Source: Lytechinus pictus (taxonomy: Eukaryota). From it: a stretch of DNA of 64,000 nt. Made by a program: the position numbers and the translations under genes. Where the stretch lies: contig NC_087250.1 in the NCBI RefSeq assembly GCF_037042905.1, positions 7,938,001-8,002,000 on the forward strand. Reading direction: 5' to 3'. Below, in pieces: positions 55,601 to 64,000 of this stretch; within the stretch, counting starts at the first letter, position 1, and each line of letters opens with the position of its first letter. Below the pieces are notes generated by a model, which ran no database searches, had not been told where the DNA came from, and worked only from the letters and a program-made list of their open reading frames with translations.

Positions 55601-58402
55601 TACTCTGGCGCCATCAATGAGGTTAGTGCCCTTTGAAGATAAATGCCAGTTGGAATGATTTCGAAATAAGTTCATATCGAATCCAATAAAATGACCACCT
55701 AAGAATTCGGTGGAATCAAAATACGGTGTACCATCTATTCGTTGCAGCGAAAAAGCTGAAATTCGCAATGCATCATGGGAAAAAGTCAACATCTGTTGTG
55801 CATGCTGAGTGTGAATGCATGCATCCGATTATTCATCGCTGGCCGCCACGGCTCGACCGGATATGCTGTTTACTAGGTTTATTCTGTTTGCAGTGCTATT
55901 TCATTATGCCACGATGGTGAAGAAAACTGATTCAGTTAGTATTTCCAGGCAATAATGGATGACCTGAATGAGAGTTGAGCTTCAAAATTGAACCTGTACT
56001 TCTAAAAACTTGTTTCACAATTTGGCTTTCCATAGTTAAACCACAGCTTTAGACCAGAGTTTAAATTAAACCAGAGTTCAGAATATGGGCCTTTAGGTGG
56101 TATTCTGATGGCCATGGTTTAGTTAAACCCGGTTTAACTTAGACCACACTATTATGGAGTGCCACTTGTCAACTTTTATTCACAAATAATTATTCTTATC
56201 CTGTTGCAAAAAGTTGTCAAATAATAATAGAATCCTGAAATTGGAAGAATAGGAAAATACAAAAATATAATGAATTTTTATGAATTTATTGGTACGTAAT
56301 GATTTCCATGAATACGGAAGAAGTATTCTGAAGCCAGCATTCCATACAAGTGTGGTATAAAGTACTAGAGTGAGACCTATATGTAATTATCAAAATACCA
56401 CCAATTGTGTTCATATGAAAAGCATGATATTATAGTGGAATATTGTTATTGTTTATTGTAAAATTTGGTCTCATATTTCAGATGGCAACACAACCTGGGT
56501 ATTACCAATCATTAGTTGAACAGAGTCTGGGGAGAGAGACTATTGCTACCGATGAGATCGAGAGAGACCTTCATAGGTAATATATTGGTTTATATTCATC
56601 TGGGGAAAATATTATTACAATGATGGGGTTTCCATAGAATTGAGGTTGATCAGATCAATCGTAACTCTTTGTAAGACGGGACCTTGCTACATTTGTTTTA
56701 TATCCTACTTTAATAAGTTAGAATAATAGATATTGATAATCTAGTTCTTGTACTCATAGTTAATAAAAAAAAAAAAATCTGAACAAAATATAGGTAACGC
56801 GCTCTGCTGACTGACCTATTTCGGAACGCGGATTAGTGCCTGCGCCGTCCCTTCACGGGACTTGCCCGGTAGAGACACCTTGCTGACCGAGAGATTGCAT
56901 TATCTGTCACGGAATAGTCAATTTTCCTTAGTGGGCGTTTTGTTTTGACGGCATAACTAGAATATCCATGGTTACGTGATGCTATTTGAACCAATCACTA
57001 TACAGGATTTGATTTATGTAGGATATAATAAAAACTATTTGATTAAAACCCTGTTCTATTTAGATCACTACCCGAGCATCCTGCCTTCCAGTCCGAGCTC
57101 GGTATAGCAGCTTTGAGGAGAGTTCTTACAGCGTATGCCTACCGTAATCCAACCATTGGTAAGAACCTTAAGGTGGGTTAGGAGGGGGGGGTGAGGTAAG
57201 GTATAGCAGCGTTGAGGAGGGTCCTTACAGCGTATGCCTACTGTAACCCAACCATTGGTAAGAACCTTAGAGTGGGGTAGGAGGGGGGGGGGGGCAGTGG
57301 CGGACCGTGACCCGGAGGAGACAAAGCATTGGAGGGGCACAGCATTGTTCACAAACAATACAGTGCCCCTCCAATCATTTGTCTCCTTTGGGTCACCATC
57401 CGCCACTGGGGGGGGGGGGGTGAGTTGGGGTATAGGAGCGTTGAGGAGGGTTCTTATCGCGTATGCCTATCGTAACCCAACCATTGGTAAGAATCTCCGG
57501 GTGGGATAGGAGAGAGAGAGAGAGATAGATGAGATGATTGTGTATTATTATTGTGTCTTAATACGGAGTTCAGATTGAATTGAGAAATGTTCCTTTTCAG
57601 GACTACCCACATTCTGAGCTACTGTATGATTCTCTTTTGCGTTATGTAATTTTGTTTGATTCATTTGTCATTATTTGTCATTATTTTAACTGTCATGTTC
57701 ACATGTGCTAAAAAAATTGTAGTGTTTAATTTCTCATATGTATAAGCTAGTGGAGGAAACATTTCTATGTAATTTTTTTATTGAATATCATAGATGAATA
57801 AATCAAAATGAATTTAATTGAATAGGTATACATGTAGGATGTTATAGTAGAAGTATTAAAGACCATCAGCAAATTTCGATGGTTTTAATATTATACCCCG
57901 GCCTGTGACATAAAGCTCAGTGATTAATCATAGTGCTGAGTTTTGCAATTGATCATGCACATTAATCAATGGAATCAATCGTAGTAATCCGACCTACGAT
58001 CATTTTCTAAGCTTCATGTTACCGGGCCCAGTACATCAGTCCAACATAGCCTATATTTCTGGCAAAAAAAGAAAAGAAATTATTTTGGGGGGCTACTTTT
58101 CACAACATATTGTCTACATGTACATCTGCTACATTGGGTAAGCTTTAACACTGCAATGAATGGGAATTTTCCAGGGCTCCTTTTTGTGTTTTCTGGGCCG
58201 AGTCTTACAAAAAGTTACGATTGATCCGATCAATCACAACTATGGAAAGCCAGCAACGTCAGAGCGTGGATCCCCTAAGATAGTATCAGAGCTGCCAAGT
58301 AGTACGATTTTTCCGTATTTAATACGTTTTTGCAACCGAAATACGGCAGTACGTTTTTTCTTTAAAAAATATGTTTTTTGTATTTAAAAAAAAAAAAAAA
58401 TA

Positions 58403-58440
<38 letters not shown>

Positions 58441-61400
58441 ATCGAAATTTATTGAGAAAAATCATCTCTATATGTCTCTATTTCATAAAACGTACACAAA
58501 TATGGTTATTAGATCAATGTAATTTCAGGTAACTTGTTTTTTTTTTCAAATCATTTTGTAAAAACCAGGGTGAGATATACACAAGTTTCAATGATTTTTT
58601 TTTCAATCTGCAAGAGCAGTGCACATTTTAGCTTGCATGCAGCTTGAGCGCCGTGATGGGCGAGTGCGCCAAGCATTTTAATATGAAATACACTTTTTTT
58701 GGGAAAAATACAAAATATTTATCTCACACGGTAAAAATACTGATTTTTTTGTCAAAATACTGATTTTGGGGGATAAGAATACTGAAAATGCAAAATACAA
58801 CTTGGCAGCTCTGTAGTATATTAAACATTTGAAAAATGGGTCTCGTTCGCAAGTGTAAATACAATAAGTTAAAATAGAATATTGGAAATAATAAGATGGT
58901 GAGTAATAGCGAGAAATGATAAAAAGATGACAGAGATACGGGACGATACAAAAAAACTAAAAGGAAAACAAAGACATGACGAAGAATAGAGGGGAGAGAG
59001 AAGGAATTAAGTACTGAAAGGGGAGTGAGAGGGCAAAGATAAAGTGGGGGGAGAGAGACAGATAGAGAGGGAGGCACACACACACGCAGATTATGTGGAG
59101 AGAAAGGGTCAGAAGGAGAGAGGGGGGGGGGGAAAGAACGAGAGTGCAAACGTAGATCAAAGAGAGTGTGACTTAATAGCGTGCTTAGACAATACTAAAA
59201 ATATAAAACTAATTAATTACTTTGGTAAGACAGTAACATAAATATTTTTAGTTTTCTCTTAAAGGAGTGGATAGAGGGGGCCTGTTGAACATCTTTATGG
59301 AGTGAATTCCAAAATTTGGGGGCGGTGAAAATAAAAGTATTTTGCGCAAAACGAGTTCTTAAGATAGGTAGATGAAAGTTATCGGCTTGTCTGGTAGGAT
59401 ACCTATGAAAATTGTTATTTTGAGAAAACAAATCATGAAATGCAAAAGGAACCATATTGTTTTTATACATGTACATAAACTGTCCAAGCTGAAATTGGTA
59501 TAAGTCTTGAATCTTTAAAATTTTATAATCAAGGAAAAGCGGATCAGTGTGAGAACGGGGGTGTGAGAATGAAATAATACGAAGGGCTTTTTTTTGTAAT
59601 AATAATATTTTGTTAAGTAAACTTTGGTGGGTATTGCCCCAAACAAGGATCCCGTAGTTGATACATGTATATGGTAATATAAGAGGTGTGAGAATGAAAT
59701 AATACGAAGGGCTTTTTTTGTAATAATAATATTTTGTTAAGTAAGCTTTGGTGGGTATTGCCCCAAACAAGGATCCCGTAGTTGATATATGGTAATATAA
59801 GAGAAGAATATAATGTAAGTAGAGAAGTAACAGGAATAAACGTTTTCAACCTATTTATGATGCCTATATTTCGGGATATTGTTTTACAAATATTATCAAT
59901 ATGGCATTTCCAGCAGAGTTTGTTATCTACACGAACTCCCAAAAATTTAATTGAGGAGACACTTTCCAATTTAAAATCTTCAATAAAAATGTCAAAAGGT
60001 AAGGAATCTATGGTATTACTGAATAAAATGTATTTAGTTTTTTTAAGGTTAATTGATAATTTGTTAGCTCTGATCCAATTCAAAATATTAGTTAATTCAG
60101 AGTTTATTATGTTAACAAGTGTAAGCGGATCATTGTGAGAGAAGAATAGATTTGTGTCATCAGCAAAAATAATGAAAGATAAAATGTTAGATGCTCTGCA
60201 AAAATCATTTATATATAAAGTAAACAAGAGAGGTCCCAGAATACTTCCTTGTGGCACACCACAATTAATATTACACAAATTAGAGGAATGGTCATTGAGA
60301 AAAACAAATTGATTTCTGTTAAAGAGGTAATTCCTGAACCACTCCAAGGCCTTCCCACGTATGCCATAATGCGATAATTTATGAAGTAGGATGTCATGAT
60401 TAATAGTGTCGAAGGCCTTGGAGAAGTCCAGGAAAATACCGACCATGTGTGAGGATTTATCGACAGCATGAGCAACTTTTTCAACAAAGGATAATAAGGC
60501 GTGAATTGTACTGTGCTTTTCTCTAAATCCAAACTGGAAATTTGTATATTCATGCATTCTTTGTTTTATTGAAAATTCACCATGCCTCTCTTTGTTTACA
60601 AAGGGCATTTTTCAAATTTCCTGCAGAAAAAATTATGACACTGATGGATTTTCATAGAGTTATGATTGATTGGATCGCTCATAACTCTTTGTAAGACGGG
60701 GCCCAGGGCTATATCGAGCATGTCGGGGGCAAAATCGACTCGACCCTATGTAAACATTCCCCTGCTAATATTGATATTTTATCTATTAGGTTACTGCCAA
60801 GCAATGAATATAGTAACTTCAGTGCTGTTACTATATGCCAACGAAGAAGAAGCGTTCTGGCTACTGACGGCTGTATGTGAACGGCTCCTTCCCGACTACT
60901 ACAACACTAGGGTCATTGGAGCACTGGTGGATCAGGGTACGTACATCCAGTTATCTGATATGGGGCCCAATCTCACAATACTTTTACCAATATTTTATCA
61001 GTTCTTTATCAATACTCGTACAGGAAATAAAACAAGGACTTAAATGTTTACGAACTCCAACTTTCTTTAGAAAGTATCGATAATTCTTCTTTTAGCTACA
61101 CCTTTAATGTACAATCACTTTATGAGTTTCTTATTTCATTACATTCTTAAAGAGGTCCACTCCACTCCCCAATCCAGAATAAAAGTTATTAGAGTGGTCA
61201 AGGACTCGTTGTTGTTATAAAAAGGGTTCAGTTGAGAACTGCAGTCAGACTAGACTTAAATGATCACGACTTGACTTTCTAAATAAGATATCAGATTGCA
61301 GGTTTCAATTCAGTTTCAGTTTAGTTTATTTCACTTCCATTTTCTGATAATAAACATAACAAACATATATATACATATGTATAAATGTACAAAACAGAAT

Positions 61401-63746
61401 AAGTGTCATAAGAATACTTCAATAATCAATTAACAAATTCGTAGGAAATAGATGAAATGTATACAATTTTTGTTCAAGATACATTTTGATGGTTTCGACA
61501 TCGCAGTTTACAGAGCACTAATAGTATGCCCAGTCACATCCTTTGGATTGTGATGTCAAACATTGATCCAAAAAGATGTAAAATAACGCATTGTTGTAAC
61601 ATTAGGCATAGCTGAAACACTACCTGTTGTAACAGAGGCCTCTATTAGAGCATTTTTAGCGCTAAAAACGTGTCTGTGCGGCCGGTCGAGGGCTGTGCTT
61701 TCGTCAATATGATCCAATTCAGAGGGTATCATTATCAATGCCAATCAATATTGTATCAAGGCCACCGCACACCTTACGACCCGACGGGTCTACGACTGGC
61801 TTGCGACTGAGTGAGGGGAGATGTGACGTCACAGCACTTGTCAGCTTGAGTCGCGGACCGGTCAGAGACAAGTCGCAAGGAAAATCGTAAGGATTTGACA
61901 TGTCGAATCCTTATGACTGGATCGCAAGCTCAATCCAACTTCCAGCCAATCAGACAGCAAAGTTGCACAACGCATATATGATAAACAACGCGCATACGCA
62001 GTAGTAAGCGCATTTTCTCAGTTGCTATGGAAAAAGCAAAAAGCGCATGCGTGAGTCGCAGACAGCGTAGTAGTCGGATCGCAAGGTGTGCGGTGTCGAG
62101 GCTTATGACCACCTTGCGATTTCATCTCTACTCAGTCAGTCGCAAGCCAGTCGTAGACCAGTCGGGTCGTAAGGTGTGCGGTGGGTGGCCTTTAAATGAT
62201 AATATGTATCCTAATCAAATGATTAGCTAAAATCTGTCCGTGACCAGTCATTTACTTTAGCTAACTTGAAAAAGTTGCTAATGACTGGTGCGAATGACTA
62301 GTTAAATTGACCAATCATGGTTTTAAAATAAGGATTAAAACAAGGATCCTCACTATCACTATTTTTTTATAAAACATTTAAAACGTATAAATAAAACGTA
62401 TAAAACGTATAAATAAAACGTATAAATGATGCACGTCAATTATGTATAAAACGTATAAAACGTATAAATGATGCACGTCAATTTGTTTGGGAATTCGAAT
62501 CATTACACACTCTTGCTACCTTTGAATCTGTTCAAGTGCCCTCGGCTGAGCCTCGGGCATGTTAAAACTGTTCCAATGGTACCTTGTGCACCTAATTGTT
62601 CCTATTGCCTGTGATGATGTGCATTATTTTTGTATTATATGACACCTAGATGGATCCTTGTCATTTGATTGGTTGTGTGATATCGATCATTCAGCCCATT
62701 TTACAATGACGTCATCATCCGTGCAATTTTGGATCCATACGATTTTGTCCATTGCACGTGTGCATCGAGACCGCAGGGGCCACAAATAAAAACAGTGGTG
62801 TTTGCAGTGCGCATGTTGTGTGTAAGTGACAATCAACAGACAAGCTCACACCGCGTGAGCTTATCTTTGATCAAAATACATAAATCTCAAATGATAAAGG
62901 ATCTATTTTAGTTGTCATATACTAGTAAACCAAATAATGAATATTCTTTTCATTCTTGCAATGTAAAGAATACTTCATTCGGTGATAGATGAAATGAATG
63001 ATCCATTCTAAGAGGCATATCCGAGTTGATGGATCAATTCATCTTTCACCTCGTGAGGTATCCTGTCCATGGCACCCCTAAACATTCATTATTTGTATAC
63101 TGTATTACTCAGGTGTATTTGAAGCCCTTACCAAAGAAACCATGTCTGAGCTATACAAGTTTGAAACAGTTCACTTGCCCTCAGCTAATCCTTGGGCATA
63201 TTAGAACTTTTCCAATGGTACACGGTGCATATAATTCTTACTAATGCCCTTAATGGTGTGTTTTATTTGTATACTATCTTGCCCAGGTGTATTTGAAGCC
63301 CTAACCAAAGAAACCATGTCTGAGCTATACAAGTTTGAAACAGTTCACTTGCCCTCAGCTAATCCTTGGGCATATTAGAACTTTTCCAATGGTACACGGT
63401 GCATATAATTCTTACTAATGCCCTTAATGGTGTGTTTTATTTGTATACTATCTTGCCCAGGTGTATTTGAAGCCCTAACCAAGGAAACCATGTCTGAGCT
63501 ATACAAGTTTGAAACAGTTCACTTGCCCTCAGCTAATCCTTGGGCATATTAGAACTTTTCCAATGGTACACGGTGCATATAATTCTTACTAATGCCCTTA
63601 ATGGTGTGTTTTATATTTATACTATCTTGCCCAGGTGTATTTGAAGCCCTAACCAAGGAAACCATGTCAGAGCTATACATGAAGATGGAAGAACTAGGAA
63701 TGCTGAGTATGATCTCTCTATCTTGGTTCCTTACAGTCTTTCTAAG
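23620..63746 (+). CDS. TBC1D9: TBC1 domain family member 9-like Rab GTPase-activating protein (GRAM-GRAM-TBC); multi-exon, 3' end beyond window
   Basis: 18 GT-AG exons join in frame. The translation [32 protein letters not shown]...[16 protein letters not shown]...[19 protein letters not shown]...[16 protein letters not shown] matches the TBC1D8/9 family as I recall it, including the TBC IxxDxxR and YxQ catalytic fingers. Confidence 0.95.
25590..26112. mobile_element. Cluster of about three related MITEs (gtgtttcataaagctg..cagctttatgaaacac); another copy at ~47409-47590
   Basis: Repeated inverted termini, Harbinger-like size. Confidence 0.6.
26207..26370 (+). CDS. TBC1D9: TBC1D9 coding exon 2 ([35 protein letters not shown]...ELYH)
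   Basis: cag acceptor, gtaagt donor, phase compatible with exon 1. Confidence 0.92.
26405..27450. repeat. Degenerate (GAT)n microsatellite with an internal ~345-bp duplication
   Basis: Direct reading; ggttgcaaatggtgatggtaacaatgat at ~26470 and ~26808. Confidence 0.95.
27756..27833 (+). CDS. TBC1D9: TBC1D9 coding exon 3 ([26 protein letters not shown])
   Basis: tacag/gtaag, conserved HWEWxEQNL. Confidence 0.9.
29204..29775. mobile_element. Kolobok-like MITE
   Basis: TTAA-AGGGCAA...TTGCCCT-TTAA. Confidence 0.7.
30023..33913 (+). mobile_element. 5'-truncated CR1/L2-group LINE inserted in a MITE
   Basis: ORF1 C-terminal remnant ([17 protein letters not shown]), ORF2 with PHD-APE-RT, 3' stem-loop near 33765-33821, AATAAA plus (TCAA)n tail. 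Confidence 0.92.
30405..33577 (+). pseudogene. LINE ORF2: PHD finger, apurinic endonuclease, reverse transcriptase; frameshifted near 33250
   Basis: C4HC3 [31 protein letters not shown]; an (AT)n slip splits 30405-33281 from the C-terminal frame ending at 33577. Confidence 0.9.
33971..34564. mobile_element. Kolobok-like MITE
   Basis: TTAA-AGGGATGGTCCGGGCTG...CAGCCTGGACTATCCCT-TTAA. Confidence 0.8.
35041..39730 (-). mobile_element. Near full-length single-ORF CR1-group LINE (Daphne/Rex1-like), antisense in TBC1D9 intron 3
   Basis: APE+RT ORF, ~1-kb 3'UTR, AATAAA and (TAC)n tail at ~35041-35070; 5' boundary approximate. Confidence 0.88.
36092..39430 (-). pseudogene. LINE ORF: hydrophobic leader, 2A-like peptide, APE, RT; one in-frame TGA at 38624-38626
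   Basis: ORFs 38624-39430 and 36092-38623 abut in one frame; [37 protein letters not shown]. Confidence 0.9.
40052..40153 (+). CDS. TBC1D9: TBC1D9 coding exon 4 ([23 protein letters not shown]...)
   Basis: cag/gtaaaa, phase 1-1, FExxxDxTxFVxxKI. Confidence 0.85.
40569..41025. mobile_element. Sola2-like MITE
   Basis: GGGCAATTCCA / TGGAATAGCCC termini, 4-bp TSD ATAT, internal gtaacgtgagtaacc repeats. Confidence 0.7.
41504..41791. mobile_element. Harbinger-like MITE
   Basis: GGCCCGTATTCTGAAGTCGGGTTTA inverted termini; fragments at ~1668 and ~56060. Confidence 0.75.
42607..42690 (+). CDS. TBC1D9: TBC1D9 coding exon 5 ([28 protein letters not shown]), start of GRAM1
   Basis: tag/gtaagt, EKLVN motif. 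Confidence 0.9.
43675..43808 (+). CDS. TBC1D9: TBC1D9 coding exon 6 ([32 protein letters not shown]...), GRAM1
   Basis: atag/gtaagt, highly conserved GRAM sequence. Confidence 0.93.
44030..45213. repeat. (CAT/CAC)n microsatellite, ~1.2 kb
   Basis: Direct reading. Confidence 0.97.
45246..45448 (+). CDS. TBC1D9: TBC1D9 coding exon 7 ([16 protein letters not shown]...[14 protein letters not shown]...)
   Basis: ctag/gtgagg, MEQLANxAMRQLL motif. Confidence 0.92.
45881..45952 (+). CDS. TBC1D9: TBC1D9 coding exon 8 ([24 protein letters not shown])
   Basis: ttcag/gtaaga, LKRDLDARA motif. Confidence 0.92.
46021..46816. mobile_element. hAT-like MITE with 6-bp TSD; relative at ~25292-25522
   Basis: TIR TAGGGACAGTGATTTTCCG, TSD TTGATG, subterminal ttccgt repeats. 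Confidence 0.8.
47103..47235 (+). CDS. TBC1D9: TBC1D9 coding exon 9 ([13 protein letters not shown]...NYICFASR), GRAM2
   Basis: gcag/gtaagt, FRLPxxEKLDG and NYICF motifs. Confidence 0.92.
48075..48228. mobile_element. Palindromic Harbinger-like MITE; sister copy 51709-51869
   Basis: GGGGCCC..ATAAAG..CAACTGTTG arms, near-identical second copy. Confidence 0.75.
48876..48986 (+). CDS. TBC1D9: TBC1D9 coding exon 10 ([24 protein letters not shown]...)
   Basis: tcag/gtaaga, IPxRxVTxVEK motif. Confidence 0.9.
48990..49645. repeat. (GAT/GGT)n microsatellite in two blocks, part of the exon-10 duplication
   Basis: Direct reading. Confidence 0.92.
49877..49965 (+). CDS. TBC1D9: TBC1D9 coding exon 11 ([25 protein letters not shown]...)
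   Basis: tacag/gtaatg, FLFAxLxDRDFLV motif. Confidence 0.92.
50459..50571 (+). CDS. TBC1D9: TBC1D9 coding exon 12 (Ser-rich linker)
   Basis: tacag/gtaagt, open frame, phases fit exons 11 and 13; weak homology. Confidence 0.75.
50641..51564. mobile_element. MITE with ATTCGGTGGATT..GCGCCATCTA inverted termini; fragment at ~55704
   Basis: ~33-bp imperfect TIRs; TSD unresolved. Confidence 0.65.
52226..52713. mobile_element. Kolobok-like MITE
   Basis: TTAA-AGGGAAACTTCACCCTGA...TCAGGGTGAACTCCCCCT. Confidence 0.7.
52803..53200. repeat. ~100-bp degenerate tandem repeat (about 4 units)
   Basis: gtgttaacaga..ttatgataat..gtgggtgtattcaca recurs. Confidence 0.7.
53398..54068 (+). repeat. ~100-bp tandem array of the exon-13 acceptor and 5' half (7 units, the last is the live exon)
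   Basis: tattcattttagcc(c/a)ctgaaacaagcagtgagt..tttcagctccaacctgcctta repeated. Confidence 0.9.
54006..54162 (+). CDS. TBC1D9: TBC1D9 coding exon 13 (...[33 protein letters not shown])
   Basis: ttag/gtgagt, KExxWxxHFxEYG motif; several alternative upstream acceptors exist. Confidence 0.85.
55513..55621 (+). CDS. TBC1D9: TBC1D9 coding exon 14 ([36 protein letters not shown]), TBC start
   Basis: gcag/gttagt, GxPxxLRGExW motif. Confidence 0.92.
56482..56576 (+). CDS. TBC1D9: TBC1D9 coding exon 15 ([32 protein letters not shown])
   Basis: tcag/gtaata, arginine-finger IERDLHR. Confidence 0.93.
57064..57158 (+). CDS. TBC1D9: TBC1D9 coding exon 16 ([32 protein letters not shown])
   Basis: ttag/gtaaga, conserved TBC sequence. 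Confidence 0.93.
58287..58813. mobile_element. hAT-like MITE with 6-bp TSD TAGTAT
   Basis: TIR CAGAGCTGCCAAGT / ACTTGGCAGCTCTG. Confidence 0.75.
59213..60545 (-). mobile_element. 5'-truncated CR1/L2-group LINE RT fragment with a ~126-bp internal tandem duplication
   Basis: [26 protein letters not shown]; duplicated gtgtgagaatgaaataatacgaagggc at ~59561 and ~59687; splits a MITE (58193-58261 / 60546-60705). Confidence 0.88.
60790..60936 (+). CDS. TBC1D9: TBC1D9 coding exon 17 ([26 protein letters not shown]...GALVDQ)
   Basis: ttag/gtacgt, glutamine-finger YCQAM. Confidence 0.95.
61760..62190. mobile_element. Harbinger-like foldback MITE
   Basis: GGCCACCGCACACCTTACGACCCGAC inverted termini. 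Confidence 0.75.
63090..63678 (+). repeat. ~174-bp tandem array of the exon-18 acceptor and 5' part (4 units, the last is the live exon)
   Basis: caggtgtatttgaagccct..accatgtc.gagctatac at ~63111, 63284, 63458 and 63632. Confidence 0.92.
63635..63746 (+). CDS. TBC1D9: TBC1D9 coding exon 18 ([38 protein letters not shown])
   Basis: ccag/gtaagt, [12 protein letters not shown] motif. Confidence 0.92.
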
Positions 63747-64000
63747 GTAAGTTTGTTCAAATTTATTTTCCATTTCAGTTAAAGGGGAAAAAAATTGTTT
63801 TTCCTGCTTTGTTCGACTACAGTCAAATACAGCAGACTGCCAAGTTCTATTCACAATACAACCAGAGTGCATTAAGTCTTTTGTTCACACACATACACAA
63901 TAGTGATGTGTGCATCTCATTGACTGTGTACTCACAAAGCTTTTTTTTTACAATAAACCAATCAAAAGCTGTTGTAAGCTGAATTAGCATAATCCATATG

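Noticed and set aside
57200..57257. Exon-16 echo 1 as a 57-nt cassette exon
   Set aside because: The upstream intron would be only ~42 nt and G-rich, with no pyrimidine tract.

Overview
Repeat-rich, AT-rich animal genomic DNA. The repeat landscape and 2A-bearing LINE suggest a marine invertebrate such as a sea urchin, but this is inference only. The host gene is a + strand TBC1D9/TBC1D8-family Rab-GAP (two GRAM domains plus a TBC domain). Eighteen coding exons can be traced in frame from ATG 23620 to 63746, and the gene continues past the window. Upstream lies a nest of transposons. A 3.7-kb foldback (TAT..ATA ends, 6-bp TSD, IS3EU-like) sits inside an LTR-like segment. A 13.8-kb CCC..GGG/TA element (CMC/EnSpm-like) carries a decayed spliced coiled-coil/BEN-like gene and is itself inside a TTAA-flanked MITE. 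It also holds a 450-bp insertion with a tRNA-Ala-like unit, direct terminal repeats and a 13-bp TSD. TBC1D9 introns hold three LINEs (one with a PHD-APE-RT ORF2, one single-ORF element with a hydrophobic leader and a 2A-like peptide), many MITEs and long GAT/CAT microsatellites. The most unusual signal is that six TBC1D9 exons are flanked by partial copies ('echoes') of their own splice junctions, which differ from the live exon mostly at synonymous positions.
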